DNA of 64,000 nt. It comes from a virus (lineage: Duplodnaviria; Caudoviricetes). The position numbers and the translations under genes were made by a program. Below are positions 1 through 8,841 of the stretch, one piece after another (within the stretch, counting starts at the first letter, position 1; every line of letters begins with the position of its first letter). The DNA lies in IMG/VR virus record IMGVR_UViG_3300032216_001981, positions 1 through 64,000 of that record; one strand, given 5' to 3'. Below the pieces are notes generated by a model. It worked only from the letters and a program-made list of their open reading frames with translations. It ran no database searches and was not told the DNA's origin.

Positions 1-1
1 C

Positions 2-472
2 ATGATATTCAAACTCCTCTATGCTTCTATTGACTATGTCATCGTTGTCACTGGCCAATACGCAAAACTGTCCGGGATGAAAGCTGAGCCGCACATCCAG
101 GCTACGTGCTGTTTCGCCAATGGGTGCAAATATTCGTTCCAAGTGCTGTTGCACATCTGCCTGTTGCCACCAGTCCTTCCAGTCTGCTTCGGTATAGCCC
201 TGCAACATTTCACTGCCCAGTCGAACCATTCTACGTTCAGCCGGTAGCTGAGCCACACGTTCAATCATCTTTACAGCGGCCGTAGTATTGTGATTCATGA
301 TGTCCCATTGCCGCTGTTCAGCTTCGGCAGGATGTTCACGCAACCAACGCATGGTGGTGCTACGCCCGTTCAATTCTCTGTTGAGGGCATTCACCTTCAT
401 GCCTTTTACTTCAGTGGGAGCATCAAGCCATTTGCAGGCAAAACCAATCCTTGGGGTAGTAAATGTATTCAT
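2..472 (-). CDS. uvdE: UV damage endonuclease (UvdE/UvsE family), 5' part; runs off the window start
   Basis: Manual translation from ATG 472: MNTFTTPRIGFACKW...VRLGSEML...ARSLDVRLSFHPGQFCVLASDNDDIVNRSIEEFEYH. RIGFAC and RLSFHPGQF are UvdE motifs. Absent from the ORF track because there is no stop in the window. Confidence 0.9.
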   Translation of the reverse strand, partial: MNTFTTPRIGFACKWLDAPTEVKGMKVNALNRELNGRSTTMRWLREHPAEAEQRQWDIMNHNTTAAVKMIERVAQLPAERRMVRLGSEMLQGYTEADWKDWWQQADVQQHLERIFAPIGETARSLDVRLSFHPGQFCVLASDNDDIVNRSIEEFEYH

Positions 473-503
473 ACTGCTAGTTTAACAGTATATGAATTTT
501 TGG

Positions 504-899
504 TCAAGCAATAAATCCTTGTCCGGTTATACCATGATGCCATGTATAAAATGAACCAGGTATAACAAAATACCACAGCCCTGCTCGGCTGATCCAAGTG
601 GTGGGGGTGCTGGCAAGATGCAAATAGCGTGGCAATACTTCCAATCCATTTACGCTAAATTCAACAATTTCCAATGCACCACGACATGCATCCACCATTT
701 CCACACCAATGCTGATGTCGGCCAATAGATCCATTTTAAACTCAAAGGAATTTGCTCCCGACTTGATGTAAAGATTTGTATCATTGATTCTACAATGACC
801 ATAAGGTTCACCGTGACGGACTATGCGTAACTGCACTGTTAATTGGTCAACTGTGTCAATAGCCGTAATGTCGGAGAAATTGTTCATATCTGGGTGCAT
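504..899 (-). CDS. hypothetical protein (start may be ATG 887)
   Basis: 131-aa ORF co-oriented with and overlapping the end of the radical SAM gene; no motif recognised. Confidence 0.6.
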   Translation of the reverse strand: MHPDMNNFSDITAIDTVDQLTVQLRIVRHGEPYGHCRINDTNLYIKSGANSFEFKMDLLADISIGVEMVDACRGALEIVEFSVNGLEVLPRYLHLASTPTTWISRAGLWYFVIPGSFYTWHHGITGQGFIA

Positions 900-2163
900 A
901 ATCTAAAATGCTGTTTTGTCTGTTGGTTTCAAAAGTCTTTAAAAATTTAACCAATTGTGTTCTTGCAACATCTACATCACCGGGACGTTGATAAGTGGTT
1001 AAAAATTGATGGTAATCCAATACTGTGTTGGCTATAACATCTGCTATAATATCATTCCTACGTATGTTGGCATGAGGTGTTTTATTTAAATTGTATTTTG
1101 CAATCAACTGTTCTAGGCGTCCAACGATCTCTTCTCGAATATCATGGGGCAACAATTCTATACGTAAAACATCTGGTTTAAATAATATACTACAGCTTTC
1201 GGCTATAATACGTTTATCAATCATATACTCAAACATTTTATCTATTTCGTTAACAGTAAAAATATTTGGAGTTATTCTTAAACTGATGTACAATCGCGAA
1301 TCATTACGCAACTCTAGAAATCGATCTATGTTGGCCAATATATCACCAATCTTACCGGGGTAGCGTATATAGTCATTTAACGGTGTAACAGACTCGATAC
1401 TTATGCCCAAATGGAATTCTTTAAACTCAGTGATCAGCCGTTGTATTCTTGCATCATATATTGTACCGTTGGTAGTGGTTCCTACAATAATGTTTCGGGC
1501 CAACCCAGTCTCTATTAGACGTTCGCATATTGTATAAAATGCCGGATCATATAGTGTTTCGCCACCTAAGAAATGTATATATTTTAAGTCGGGTATTGTG
1601 ACAAGTTCTTTGATGAATTTTTCTACTGTTGCAGGGTTTCTAGTCCAAGACTGATACTCTGCAGGATTGGCAAATTGTACAGAATTAAGTTTGTGTAACT
1701 TTTTATACTCGGTATGCAGTTGACTACTAGCAACAGGATCACACATTATACAGGCACTGTTGCAGGTATTGCCTAGATCAATTTGCAAGTCAGTAGGGTA
1801 ATAGTTGCTGTGCCCTTGATTCTTGTAACTGTGTAAAAAACTTTCGTAGTGCGGGCTACTGCGAGCTGTGAGTGCGAAGTTGTTTGTTTGTATTCCGCTT
1901 TTAAGTAATTGTCTAGTTCTTCCGTTTAACTTACCAAATGAATCTTCATAATAACAGGTCGCACACCCTGCAGGTTTTTCGCCATCTAATAAATCTTGAC
2001 GCAACGATTTCATTCTTTCACTGTTATAAAATTGCATAACACTGGTATTGGCCAAGTTTACATCATGAGTTTTTGTTTTAAACCATCTGCACTCTTCAAA
2101 ACTGCCATCGTAGGAGAGTCGTAGATGGAACCAAGGACTGGAGCAAAACGAATCTTCTAGCAT
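856..2163 (-). CDS. radical SAM protein with N-terminal Cys-containing (twitch/SPASM-like) segment
   Basis: CxxxCxxC motif (CNSACIMC), GGE motif (FLGGETL), TTNGT; N-terminal CSSPW...C...CATC. Confidence 0.88.
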   Translation of the reverse strand: MLEDSFCSSPWFHLRLSYDGSFEECRWFKTKTHDVNLANTSVMQFYNSERMKSLRQDLLDGEKPAGCATCYYEDSFGKLNGRTRQLLKSGIQTNNFALTARSSPHYESFLHSYKNQGHSNYYPTDLQIDLGNTCNSACIMCDPVASSQLHTEYKKLHKLNSVQFANPAEYQSWTRNPATVEKFIKELVTIPDLKYIHFLGGETLYDPAFYTICERLIETGLARNIIVGTTTNGTIYDARIQRLITEFKEFHLGISIESVTPLNDYIRYPGKIGDILANIDRFLELRNDSRLYISLRITPNIFTVNEIDKMFEYMIDKRIIAESCSILFKPDVLRIELLPHDIREEIVGRLEQLIAKYNLNKTPHANIRRNDIIADVIANTVLDYHQFLTTYQRPGDVDVARTQLVKFLKTFETNRQNSILDYAPRYEQFLRHYGY

Positions 2164-2167
2164 CGAA

Positions 2168-3400
2168 TTAATCTATAATGCCAAAGTTGGCCCAACGTGC
2201 GTCACCCAGTGATACCCACCCCAAGGGTCCACCTATACTGGGGTTTTCGTTGAACACCACTGTGCCTTTGGGCATGTTATCCGCGGGCGGAGAGGGTCTA
2301 GTCAAGAATTGCATGTTGCCCAATTGTAACTGAACTATTTCGGTTGTACCGTCGGATTTCAATGTAACGTTGTTTTTGCCGTTGCTGCTTAAAATTAAAT
2401 CATGATCTCTTCGTGTACCAAATTGTGCTGTGTTCAAACTGACTTTGCCTAGACCCAGCTCAATCTCTTCATCCCAAATGCTGAGTGCAGTGCTGGGATC
2501 CATGGTGTTGATGCCCACTCTACGATTGGTGGTGTACAAGGTTTCACTTAACAGTGTTTCACCTGCTGTTTGTAAATCCCTCAACACTCCCACTGACTGT
2601 AGTCTACTGTTGAGCACTGCTGTGGTCAAAGTATTGCCTTCAATTACCACTCTGTTATCGATGGTGAGTTTGGCAATGTCTAGAGTTTGTGTTTGCAAAT
2701 AAGTTAATATACTGTCGTGTGTGGCCGACGATATTGAATTGACATCCTCCAATATATTTTGATAGGTTTGACTGTTTCTAGGTATAGCACCTTTGATGAT
2801 TAGATCGCCATCGATTACAGCATCACCACGCACCTCGAGCTGTGCAGTATACAGGGTGTTTTCAAATACAGTTCCAGCATCCATTATGGTAAGTTGACAC
2901 TGTGTGGCTCTGTCATCAATACCGACACTGGCAAAGTTGGCTACAACACCGCCTGAGATATTATCTCCAGAGATGCGTAATGAATTTAAGTCTATGGCAG
3001 ATGCTGGTATACAAGCAGTAGCCAGACTAAGATGTTGGCCTTGAGTATTGAGTACATCTGTAATGGCAGTTTTAACCATGGGTTCCATGTCTATTCTGCC
3101 GATTCTTTGATCAACCAAGGTGCCGACTCTTGTGGCGTAATCTTCGTCGATACGTTGTATGATAGCATCACCGGCTTCAATTATGCGAGCGTCCAAGCCG
3201 GACAAATCGGGTTGAAAGCGAGCCACTTGCTGATGTACTTCAGAGGTGATGATGGAGTTGATTCTATCAGCAGTGATCAACTCTGCAATACGCTGAGCAA
3301 CAGTGTCGGCAATGGATGCACGTACCTGTTCTTGTACCTGTTGTAATACCTGCTGAGTGATGTCTTTTACTAGATTTCCAAAACTGTCATTGAGTTCCAT
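2168..3400 (-). CDS. hypothetical, probably virion-associated protein (N-terminal coiled coil, beta-rich C-terminus)
   Basis: 410-aa ORF; C-terminal GTVVFNENPSIGGPLGWVSLG resembles tail-protein end modules. Confidence 0.55.
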   Translation of the reverse strand: MELNDSFGNLVKDITQQVLQQVQEQVRASIADTVAQRIAELITADRINSIITSEVHQQVARFQPDLSGLDARIIEAGDAIIQRIDEDYATRVGTLVDQRIGRIDMEPMVKTAITDVLNTQGQHLSLATACIPASAIDLNSLRISGDNISGGVVANFASVGIDDRATQCQLTIMDAGTVFENTLYTAQLEVRGDAVIDGDLIIKGAIPRNSQTYQNILEDVNSISSATHDSILTYLQTQTLDIAKLTIDNRVVIEGNTLTTAVLNSRLQSVGVLRDLQTAGETLLSETLYTTNRRVGINTMDPSTALSIWDEEIELGLGKVSLNTAQFGTRRDHDLILSSNGKNNVTLKSDGTTEIVQLQLGNMQFLTRPSPPADNMPKGTVVFNENPSIGGPLGWVSLGDARWANFGIID

Positions 3401-3412
3401 TGATTTCCATTT

Positions 3413-4150
3413 TTAATCGAATTTAATAGTGATCACATGTTCATAATTCTTAGACGTCAATCCCTTGTACATGAGATTTTTATGAACTAGAAAACCACCA
3501 GCTCCAGCATCAGTGCTGAATTTTGCCAACTGTTTAAAATACATTGTCCTACGAGCAAACTCACCAAAACTCTTTAACGAATTGTTATTTTGCACTATTG
3601 CATAAATCATTGTGCTCCACGCAGATCTATCCTCTGTGTCCCATGAATGATTTTGTAAAAATACCGTTGCAGTGTCCACAGTTCTAGCTACAGCGGGCTG
3701 ACTAAATTCACGATCCCTATAATCTTGATTTTTATAGTCCCGTAATGTAGTTATCACACAACTGTCGGCCAAGTTACAAATTTTTGCTATTGCATCTTTT
3801 TGACCCTGTTCAGAATCACTGTAGGTAAAATATTCGTCAACTGCTACAACCAATTGGAACTGCTTGTGGTATGCGTCTAATTCTGTTTCGGGTATGTACG
3901 CAAATTCAACTCCGCACAGAGTCAAATACTCTCTTGCTTCTGAGCTAACAGCAGTGACCGAAACTGGTCGAGCATAGTCAACAAATAAAAAACTACTAAA
4001 CCCCACACACAACACTGTGGTGGGAATTAAATTATGAAATTGTGCAACATTGCTCAAAATATCTTGTTTTTTTGCAACTATATCGGCATGGCGAACATTG
4101 TCTCTAATGGCCAACATGTTAGCATCTCCCACCTTGATAAAATCTTGCAT
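3413..4150 (-). CDS. hypothetical protein, possible divergent SAM-methyltransferase fold
   Basis: ATG 4150 has AAGGA upstream (the track uses TTG 4156). VLCVG and FQLVVAVDEYFTY resemble MTase motifs I and IV, but the glycine motif is degenerate. Confidence 0.4.
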   Translation of the reverse strand: MQDFIKVGDANMLAIRDNVRHADIVAKKQDILSNVAQFHNLIPTTVLCVGFSSFLFVDYARPVSVTAVSSEAREYLTLCGVEFAYIPETELDAYHKQFQLVVAVDEYFTYSDSEQGQKDAIAKICNLADSCVITTLRDYKNQDYRDREFSQPAVARTVDTATVFLQNHSWDTEDRSAWSTMIYAIVQNNNSLKSFGEFARRTMYFKQLAKFSTDAGAGGFLVHKNLMYKGLTSKNYEHVITIKFD

Positions 4151-4174
4151 CGGCAATCCTTGTTATGCAAATAT

Positions 4175-5092
4175 TTATAAAGTGCCACGAGCAAGATCTA
4201 ATGTAACACAATGAAATCCACCACCCAGTGTGCGACTATGTCTCAGTGTTCTGGGCACAACTGTGAAATTCTTTTTTAATAACGTTTCAATCAACTCATG
4301 CTGTGCTGCATCTACAATCACTGTTTCGGGATCAATCACCAACATGTTCATGGCTATCCATTTGCTTGCGTAGGGATATTGATAAAAATTTTGGGGCACA
4401 ACATCATCAATGTATATGCACTCCCAATCACGGAACACCCGCGGACAATTATCAGGATTTACTCTTGATGCATTTAACAACACCAGGCCCTCACGTACGG
4501 GCACAATAGTTGAATCAATATGCACACCTGCGTAAAAATTACACAGTTCTATTGTAACATCGGGAAACTGTTCGCACAACCACTCGTATGCCGCTCGATT
4601 GCCCGAAGCTGATTCTAAAAATAACCAAGTTGTGCCCAGTCTACACACATTGGCCGCATCAAGTATTAGCCCTTGATCTCGAGGCATGTGCAACACAAGG
4701 CCTGCTGACATGGCGACATGTGCCAGTGCTTCTCTCTCCATATCTCTGCAAGGATACATCATGGCACAATCCACCACAGTGTCGCCCCATACTAAAAATC
4801 TATCTCTAGGACAGTAGTTGTACATACCACCAAACTCTTGAAAATTCATCTCGGCCGGACGCCAAACATCTACACCATGTTGTTCCAGTGTAGTACACAA
4901 TATCTCAAGATCTTCATTGGCTTCATCAATTATGTGTTGCGGCACAGCACCTGTGGGCACCGGGGTTTTGTTCCATGTGGTTTTTGTACTCTCTTGAGCA
5001 AACACTGGATCCTCGGTGGGCCAATTGGCCCAGTCGGCTGTACCCACCACTGTGCGTTTTAATGTATCCCACTCGTTGACTGTGTTGATCAT
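4175..5092 (-). CDS. amidinotransferase (glycine/inosamine-phosphate amidinotransferase, pentein fold)
   Basis: NEWDTLK..VVG, YCPRD, HIDST, GGGFHCVTLDL (catalytic Asp/His/Cys). Start reassigned to ATG 5092, giving an ATGA overlap with the upstream gene. Confidence 0.9.
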   Translation of the reverse strand: MINTVNEWDTLKRTVVGTADWANWPTEDPVFAQESTKTTWNKTPVPTGAVPQHIIDEANEDLEILCTTLEQHGVDVWRPAEMNFQEFGGMYNYCPRDRFLVWGDTVVDCAMMYPCRDMEREALAHVAMSAGLVLHMPRDQGLILDAANVCRLGTTWLFLESASGNRAAYEWLCEQFPDVTIELCNFYAGVHIDSTIVPVREGLVLLNASRVNPDNCPRVFRDWECIYIDDVVPQNFYQYPYASKWIAMNMLVIDPETVIVDAAQHELIETLLKKNFTVVPRTLRHSRTLGGGFHCVTLDLARGTL

Positions 5093-5607
5093 ACATGCCC
5101 TGTAATTTGTACTGTGTATCTTGGTGCTGTTCCTGTATTTCCCGCCATGTGTGGAGTTGCCCACGACCATTCTATCACTGTGCCAGCTGACCAAGGCGCA
5201 ATGTCTTCCCCGGCACATTCACTGAGATGTCCCGGTTGCCATGCTTCTAAAAATACTATGGCTCTACGTATACGGTGTTCCTGCCCTTGCAATCCAAATA
5301 ACTCAATGTACCTAACATACCTATCTTGATGCACCGGCAATACCGTACCCGGCATCATTCTATAATAACTGGTGCCAATGTCTCTCCACCCGTATCTAGA
5401 GAAAAGGTCAACGAACCTATGGTTCCATCGCGGCTGTGGTTTACGCATGTCGCACATGTCTCCGGTGACATTGGTTATGCCTTGTTCTGCCCACGTTTCG
5501 AGTTGTACCGGGTCATTGAATTCTTCGCGGGCATAGTCAAGATCCCGATATTCTCCATTGGTCCAAAAAGGAGTTATTACATGTCTACTGTATTCTTGTG
5601 TTGCCAT
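5089..5607 (-). CDS. 2OG-Fe(II) oxygenase / cupin-fold hydroxylase
   Basis: PGTVLPVHQD (HxD), distal PHMAGN His, RYTVQITG. Confidence 0.78.
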   Translation of the reverse strand: MATQEYSRHVITPFWTNGEYRDLDYAREEFNDPVQLETWAEQGITNVTGDMCDMRKPQPRWNHRFVDLFSRYGWRDIGTSYYRMMPGTVLPVHQDRYVRYIELFGLQGQEHRIRRAIVFLEAWQPGHLSECAGEDIAPWSAGTVIEWSWATPHMAGNTGTAPRYTVQITGHV

Positions 5608-6820
5608 AATGTACCACTGTTACGCCTGTATCAGTTGTTGTGTAAGTTCTCCAGGGATCAATCACTACACTGCCTGACTCAATGCCGCAGTATAATTCTT
5701 GCTGGTCCAATTCGCCTGCATACCCATATGTTATTTGACGATTGTGGGCCAGTAGTACAACACCCAGCACAGATTCAGGGTTGGTGTTTTCTGTTAGTGG
5801 GTCTATGTACGTCGGGGTAATGCCCATTTCTTTTAAATAATGCCCCACCAATAAACTATAACTGCCTTCGGTGTAGGCTACTCCCGGCTTGTAGGCTCGG
5901 CCGTGTATGTACACCGGCAGTGCTGTGGCATTATAATGCTGGCATACAAATTCTGCCATGTTACGTGCCTGTTGTTCTCTTGCTGTCATGATGGTGTCAA
6001 ATAAATCATAACCGAGATCCAAACGTTCTGCAAGGTAACGCAAGGCAATGTTATCTCTGGGATGACAGGGCCCTGCATCGCCCATTCCTGCTGTCATGTA
6101 TTTTGGTCCCATGATACGCATGGTACTTTTAGCCAAGGCATCAGTTACTACATCAACATTGATATTGCCCTGTTTAACAGCGACATCCTGTATCATGTTT
6201 ACCAAACCAATCTTCGCGGAGATGAATGTATTGTAAAACACTTTGATACATTCGGCTTCGTCCCACGTGCCCACTACGTAACGTGGATTGTTCTCCATTA
6301 TTGTACTATAGAAATCGGTTAACAAGCGAGCATCACCAGTCTCGCTTCCGTCTTCTGTACCAATTATAACCATCTCGGGGTTAACCATGTCCCACTCTAC
6401 TGAACCCATGGCGATTAAATATGGGTTATAAATGAAACGTGCGTTGGTAATGTTCTTCTTCAGTTCTCTCCGTGTAGTGCCGGGTAAAACTGTGGAGATA
6501 AGTACCACTAACTGCTGGGGTGTTGCAAATTCATTTACTTGTTTGAGTACTGTGTTCACTATTGTATAGTCAAAGTCTCGATTCTCCAAATGAGCAATGG
6601 GTTGTTCTCCACCGTAAGCAACATCATGCGGAGTAGGAACTGCAATAAATATTAGGTCTTTCCCTGCTACTGCTTCCTGCAATGTAGAGGCAATTTTGAT
6701 ACGGCTACTGGCAACTGGATAAATATCATAGCCGGTTACTGTGTGTTTTCTTGCCATTACTTCGGCACAAGCCAACCCTAGTTTCCCTACCCCGATGAAT
6801 CCTACATTATACTTTTTCAA
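5585..6820 (-). CDS. UDP-glucose/GDP-mannose dehydrogenase family
   Basis: GxGxxG (GVGKLG), AVPTP, ECIKVFYN, GDAGPCHPRD catalytic Cys; TTG start with AGGAG upstream. Confidence 0.92.
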   Translation of the reverse strand: MKKYNVGFIGVGKLGLACAEVMARKHTVTGYDIYPVASSRIKIASTLQEAVAGKDLIFIAVPTPHDVAYGGEQPIAHLENRDFDYTIVNTVLKQVNEFATPQQLVVLISTVLPGTTRRELKKNITNARFIYNPYLIAMGSVEWDMVNPEMVIIGTEDGSETGDARLLTDFYSTIMENNPRYVVGTWDEAECIKVFYNTFISAKIGLVNMIQDVAVKQGNINVDVVTDALAKSTMRIMGPKYMTAGMGDAGPCHPRDNIALRYLAERLDLGYDLFDTIMTAREQQARNMAEFVCQHYNATALPVYIHGRAYKPGVAYTEGSYSLLVGHYLKEMGITPTYIDPLTENTNPESVLGVVLLAHNRQITYGYAGELDQQELYCGIESGSVVIDPWRTYTTTDTGVTVVHYGNTRIQ

Positions 6821-6822
6821 CT

Positions 6823-8025
6823 ATGTTCTCCTTAGAAGCATTTTATAATATTTTACTTAAAAATCTATTAATTCCAGTCAAACTGAATTATTTTTATTTT
6901 AACGCACCGGGATCAACAGAGCCCGATGATCTCAGATCTCATACGCTTGGTACCACACATCTTACAAATTTTGTACTATTCAACGATCAGGAACCATTAT
7001 ATCTAAACAATTTTAATAAACTACACCATCCCAACCATCAAACTGTTGTATTGCCATGGAATTTATATCTCAAAGTATACAACCTAAATCCATTAAAAAA
7101 TAACCACTTCAATGTATTGGCTAATTCAGAACACAGTTTGGAAAAAAATATTATTATTAATACTCTAGGATATTACGATTGGTACTATTTTTGCCACGGG
7201 CTTGTTGCACTGGACTGGTACAGAAATATTAGATATATGCCACCTATTCGATCATTTTCAAAAGTATTTATATCCTTTAACTATCTGTTTACAGAAAATC
7301 GCAGTTATAGATTAACCTTGATTGCCGGCCTCATGGATGAAAACCTCCATGGTCAAGGATATATATCTTTGAATAATGATAACAGAACCGATAGGATAAA
7401 ACAAGAAATTTTTTCCACAGACAGTAAATTATCGTTGTCTGCAAAATCTTTAATAAAAAAACACCTGTTGCCCTGCTCTCCAGAATTTGTAATAGACACT
7501 GAAAATTTCCAAGGCGAGCTCAGTGCCAATGACAATTTAGATACCCTGTGTCAAGGGTTGTTTCATTTGGTAACTGAAACTATATTCTACGATGAAAAAT
7601 TACATCTAACTGAAAAAATATTCAAACCCATAGTGGCACGTAGGCCTTTCTTTTTGCTAGGAGCACCCGGAAATCTTGCTTATTTAAAAACATATGGGTT
7701 TCGCACGTTTGATCAGTGGATTGACGAAAGCTACGACAACGAACTAGATCCAGACCAACGCATTGCTAAAATTGTATTGGAGGTAAAAAGACTGTGTCAA
7801 ATGCCCGAGCATGAATTAAATCAAATTTATCAAGAAATGCAGGACACTTTAGAATATAACTTCAACTGGTTTTACGGTGGATTTAAAAAAGCGATTGTTG
7901 ACGAACTGGTTGACAATTTTAAGGCGTGTCTTGATCAACACAACTCCACACCCGATTACTCTAGAAACTATATCAACGTCAATGACATTGATTTTGATTT
8001 GGTGAAAAAGCGGTTAGCACAATAA
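6823..8025 (+). CDS. GT10-like (fucosyltransferase-like) glycosyltransferase, paralog 1
   Basis: C-terminal HLVTET...LTEKIFKPIVARRPFFLLG...YGFRTFDQWIDESYD, resembling the GT10 nucleotide-sugar-binding (TEK) motif. Confidence 0.55.
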   Translation: MFSLEAFYNILLKNLLIPVKLNYFYFNAPGSTEPDDLRSHTLGTTHLTNFVLFNDQEPLYLNNFNKLHHPNHQTVVLPWNLYLKVYNLNPLKNNHFNVLANSEHSLEKNIIINTLGYYDWYYFCHGLVALDWYRNIRYMPPIRSFSKVFISFNYLFTENRSYRLTLIAGLMDENLHGQGYISLNNDNRTDRIKQEIFSTDSKLSLSAKSLIKKHLLPCSPEFVIDTENFQGELSANDNLDTLCQGLFHLVTETIFYDEKLHLTEKIFKPIVARRPFFLLGAPGNLAYLKTYGFRTFDQWIDESYDNELDPDQRIAKIVLEVKRLCQMPEHELNQIYQEMQDTLEYNFNWFYGGFKKAIVDELVDNFKACLDQHNSTPDYSRNYINVNDIDFDLVKKRLAQ

Positions 8026-8069
8026 ATACTTGAAATAGAACAGTTGAAACTGTCAAACAAGGAGCTGGA

Positions 8070-8351
8070 ATGGGTGATATATTTAAGGTCATAGGCGATC
8101 TAGGAATGCCAGTGGTTGCAGCATTGGCGGGAGGATACTTTGTGTATCTCACATTGAAATTGTTATTGGCTGGAGTACTCAGCAACATCAAAAGCATGGC
8201 TGGTATTATCACAGCCCTGGATAATCGAGTCAAAACAATGAATCATGATGTTATAAGAATCGACACTGTGGTATCAAATGCTCTAGGTTTAAAACCCGAT
8301 ACAGATCGCATCAGCCGAGCCGATGGTAAATCAGATGCGAGAAGAGATTAA
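8070..8351 (+). CDS. small membrane protein (YvrJ-like/holin-like)
   Basis: AAGGAG SD; IGDLGMPVVAALAGGYFVYL single TM followed by a coiled coil. Confidence 0.6.
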   Translation: MGDIFKVIGDLGMPVVAALAGGYFVYLTLKLLLAGVLSNIKSMAGIITALDNRVKTMNHDVIRIDTVVSNALGLKPDTDRISRADGKSDARRD

Positions 8352-8530
8352 TGAAACACTGGGACTACACATGGGACGTTTACCCCAACTATCTATTAAT
8401 AGATCGCGAGTTAGATTTAGATAACTTGGGTTGGAAAGCAGGAGATTTATTTAGACTTGAAAACTATAATGGACAACCTATGCTTAAAAAAGTTGATCCT
8501 GTAGAAAAATTTCTAAGAGGATACGAGTAA
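8351..8530 (+). CDS. 59-aa hypothetical protein (below the ORF-track cut-off)
   Basis: MKHWDYTWDVYPNYLLIDRELDLDNLGWKAGDLFRLENYNGQPMLKKVDPVEKFLRGYE; TAATG couplings at both ends. Confidence 0.75.
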   Translation: MKHWDYTWDVYPNYLLIDRELDLDNLGWKAGDLFRLENYNGQPMLKKVDPVEKFLRGYE

Positions 8531-8841
8531 TGGACATTGTAGAACTGGTAAACAAATATGGATTCCCTGTTGTAATGATGGTGGGACTGGGATATATTAT
8601 AAAATATGTATGGGAATGGGCTACAAAAGAAGTCAAACCTGTTATCTCAGATGCCAACACTGTGCTTATCGCACTGATTGATAGAATACGCATGTTGGAC
8701 AACGATCTTATCAGATTAAATCAAAAGGTCAATACTGTGTTACATCTGCGTGGCAAAAGTATCGAACATGAACGTGTAGCAGCTGAACGAGAAATTAACA
8801 AAACAGTTGACGACAAAGAAGCTTCAGGCGGTAACGGTTAA
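8530..8841 (+). CDS. small membrane protein (YvrJ-like), paralog of 8070
   Basis: NKYGFPVVMMVGLGY TM; LIDRIRMLDNDLIRL aligns with LDNRVKTMNHDVIRI of the 8070 protein. Confidence 0.6.
   Translation: MDIVELVNKYGFPVVMMVGLGYIIKYVWEWATKEVKPVISDANTVLIALIDRIRMLDNDLIRLNQKVNTVLHLRGKSIEHERVAAEREINKTVDDKEASGGNG

Noticed and set aside
4175-5218. Longer ORF-track starts (5218, 15640, 18507, 18883, 24367, 24908, 43079, 57297, 58215)
   Set aside because: The extensions overlap upstream genes or promoters. Downstream starts give ATGA/TAATG coupling, SD sites or signal peptides.
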